From contig JBBRLQ010000010.1 in NCBI GenBank assembly GCA_038231275.1, positions 181,993-245,992 on the forward strand: 64,000 nucleotides of DNA. The letters are read 5' to 3'. The first letter of the stretch is position 1. Each line of letters begins with the position of its first letter. The notes beneath the pieces are model-generated. The model worked only from the letters and a program-made list of their open reading frames with translations. It was not told the origin of the DNA and searched no databases. Made by a program: the position numbers and the translations under genes. Positions 62,152 to 64,000 of the stretch are shown here, piece after piece. Source of the stretch: Polyangiales bacterium (GTDB taxonomy: Bacteria; Myxococcota_A; Polyangia; Polyangiales; Polyangiaceae).

Positions 62152-62553
62152 ATGACAGCGTTCGACTGTCCGGAGCTCGCCGGCGTCCGCGTGCTCGTCG
62201 TGGACGACGACGACGATAACCGAGAAATGCTTGCGACCGTGCTCGCGCAGAGCGGCGCGGTCGTACTGATGGCGAGCAGCGCTGCGGAGGCGCTGCGTGT
62301 GTTCGAGCGAGAGGCGCCGCGCATCCTGCTCTCCGACATCGGCCTGCCCGCGGAGGACGGGTTCGATCTCCTTCGCCAAGTCCGTGCGCTCGAGGCGGTC
62401 CGCGGGGGGGCGAGCATCCGCGCAGTGGCCCTCAGCGGCTACGGCAGCGACCAGGATCGGCGACGCGCGAAGGACGGAGGATTCGACGCTCACTTCACGA
62501 AGCCGATCCCCCTCCGCGCACTCCTCGACACGGTCCGTAGTTTGCTTTCCTAG
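62152..62553 (+). CDS. stand-alone receiver, paralogue of 219..617
   Basis: LAGVRVLVVDDDDDNREM, SDIGLP, ALSGY, HFTKP. Confidence 0.92.
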   Translation: MTAFDCPELAGVRVLVVDDDDDNREMLATVLAQSGAVVLMASSAAEALRVFEREAPRILLSDIGLPAEDGFDLLRQVRALEAVRGGASIRAVALSGYGSDQDRRRAKDGGFDAHFTKPIPLRALLDTVRSLLS

Positions 62554-62647
62554 CCCGACCGCCGCGCGCGCCCCAACCCGCGCGCTTGTGTCAATTTGCC
62601 ACACGGGCGCGCCCAGCCGGTGTGTTTGATTAATTCGTGGAGGCCGT

Positions 62648-64000
62648 ATGCCCGTCAAGCCGTCTCAGGGATCCGTCGCTCGTTCTTCCGGACTCACGCG
62701 CGCGAAGGTTGGAAAAAAGACCACGAACGGCGATGGCAACGGCCACGTGGCGTCGCCGCCGTCGGAAATCGCCGGCGAGGCGTTCCGTCGTGTGAAGCGC
62801 GAACGAGACAGCGACGAGCGCGCCGAGCTGGCGAAGCGCGCGCTCGACACCGGCGTTCCGATCACCGAGTGGGATCGCCTCTCGACCGTGAGCCGCGTCG
62901 AGGTCGAGCACCTCGTCGAGTTCCTGAAGTCGGTCAAACAAGGCGATTTCACCGTGCGCTTCACGTACCAAAAGGACGGCATCATGAGCCGCGCCGGCGA
63001 GCTCTTGAACGACATCGTCGGCCTGAACGAGCACGTCGCGAGCGAGCTGGTTCGCGTCGGAAAGGTCGTCGGCCAGGAAGGCCGCATGCACGAGCGCGCG
63101 TCGGTCGGCCCCGCGAAGGGCTCGTGGGCGAGCGGCATGGCGTCGGTCAACCAGCTCATCGCCGATCTCGTCGCGCCCACCAACGAGGTCGCGCGCGTCA
63201 TCACCGCCGTCGCGCGCGGAGACCTCTCGCAGAAGATGGTCCTCGAGATCGAAGGGCGCCCGGTCCGCGGCGAGTTCCTCCGCATCGGCACCACCGTCAA
63301 CGCGATGGTCGATCAGCTCAACTCGTTCGCCGCCGAAGTCACGCGCGTCGCGAAGGAGGTCGGTAACGAAGGAAAGCTCGGCGGCCAAGCCGAGGTCCGC
63401 GGCGTCTCCGGCACGTGGCGCGATCTCACCGACAACGTCAACGGCCTCGCCGCGAACCTGACCGCCCAGGTCCGTAACATCGCGAAGGTCACCACCGCCG
63501 TCGCGAAGGGCGACCTCTCCCAGAAGATCACCGTCGACGCGAAGGGGGAAATCCTCGAGCTGAAGAACACGATCAACGTCATGGTCGATCAGCTCCAGTC
63601 GTTCGCCGCCGAGGTCACGCGCGTCGCGAAAGAGGTCGGTACGGAAGGAAAGCTCGGCGGCCAAGCCGACGTGCAGGGCGTCTCCGGCACGTGGAAAGAC
63701 CTGACGGACAACGTCAACGTCCTCGCCGGAAACCTCACCGCGCAGGTGCGAAGCATCGCGAAGGTGACGACCGCGGTCGCCAACGGTGACCTCTCGCAGA
63801 AGATCACCGTCGACGTCAAAGGCGAGATCCTCCAGATCAAAGACGTCATCAACAAGATGGTCGATCAGCTCAACTCGTTCGCCGTCGAGGTCACGCGCGT
63901 CGCTAAGGAGGTCGGCACCGAAGGAAAGCTCGGCGGTCAGGCCAACGTGAAGGGCGTGTCGGGCACGTGGAAGGATCAGAACGAAAACGACCACGTCAGA
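62648..64000 (+). CDS. poly-HAMP sensor kinase N-terminus (NIK1/OS-1 group III-like), runs off the window
   Basis: open from ATG 62648 (SD GGAGG) to the end; 92-aa repeat [32 protein letters not shown] at 63305, 63581, 63857; absent from ORF track because no stop. Confidence 0.92.
   Translation, partial: MPVKPSQGSVARSSGLTRAKVGKKTTNGDGNGHVASPPSEIAGEAFRRVKRERDSDERAELAKRALDTGVPITEWDRLSTVSRVEVEHLVEFLKSVKQGDFTVRFTYQKDGIMSRAGELLNDIVGLNEHVASELVRVGKVVGQEGRMHERASVGPAKGSWASGMASVNQLIADLVAPTNEVARVITAVARGDLSQKMVLEIEGRPVRGEFLRIGTTVNAMVDQLNSFAAEVTRVAKEVGNEGKLGGQAEVRGVSGTWRDLTDNVNGLAANLTAQVRNIAKVTTAVAKGDLSQKITVDAKGEILELKNTINVMVDQLQSFAAEVTRVAKEVGTEGKLGGQADVQGVSGTWKDLTDNVNVLAGNLTAQVRSIAKVTTAVANGDLSQKITVDVKGEILQIKDVINKMVDQLNSFAVEVTRVAKEVGTEGKLGGQANVKGVSGTWKDQNENDHVR

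Noticed and set aside
63305..63976. 276-nt repeats as a possible CRISPR or non-coding repeat array
   Set aside because: In-frame protein repeats (HAMP pairs) with mostly synonymous variation and no spacers.
62630..63994. 454-aa minus-strand ORF
   Set aside because: Antisense to the real plus-strand poly-HAMP gene.

Overview
A 64-kb, very GC-rich window that is probably myxobacterial (Polyangiales/Sorangiineae-like). That call rests on MYXO-CTERM-like motifs, Ser/Thr kinase-PEGA-Cys-rich lipoprotein operons, a poly-HAMP kinase and many Cys-rich lipoproteins. I found no rRNA, tRNA, CRISPR or mobile element. The window reads as a general-stress and signalling island. Signalling genes: two NtrC-type sigma-54 activators, five histidine kinases (sensor-less, CheB-CheR-PAS hybrid, CHASE3-GAF-PAS-GAF hybrid, pseudo-receiver/Hpt hybrid, and a partial poly-HAMP one), six stand-alone receivers, three Ser/Thr kinases and a PP2C. 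Stress genes: YtjA/DUF1328, YmgE, two BON proteins, YtxH, DUF4142, YihY, USP, DUF1003 and a FAD-Rieske protein. Also TamA/TamB and three PAP2 proteins. Most interesting signals: (1) a divergent six-gene cassette (18372-27123) pairing an Npt/TLC ATP-ADP-translocase homologue with an exported HipA/PI4K-like kinase lipoprotein, a POTRA-less Omp85 barrel, a PAP2 and a DUF2252 kinase-like protein; (2) within it, an apparent polyprotein (Zn phospholipase C/P1-like domain, internal MYXO-CTERM-like segment, second signal peptide, beta-barrel); (3) about 30 sigma-54 -24/-12 boxes, one before most transcription units, 13 of them placing the start codon only 13-16 nt downstream (near-leaderless); (4) micro-ORFs missed by the ORF track. 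All functional calls come from recognising motifs by eye; no database search was run.
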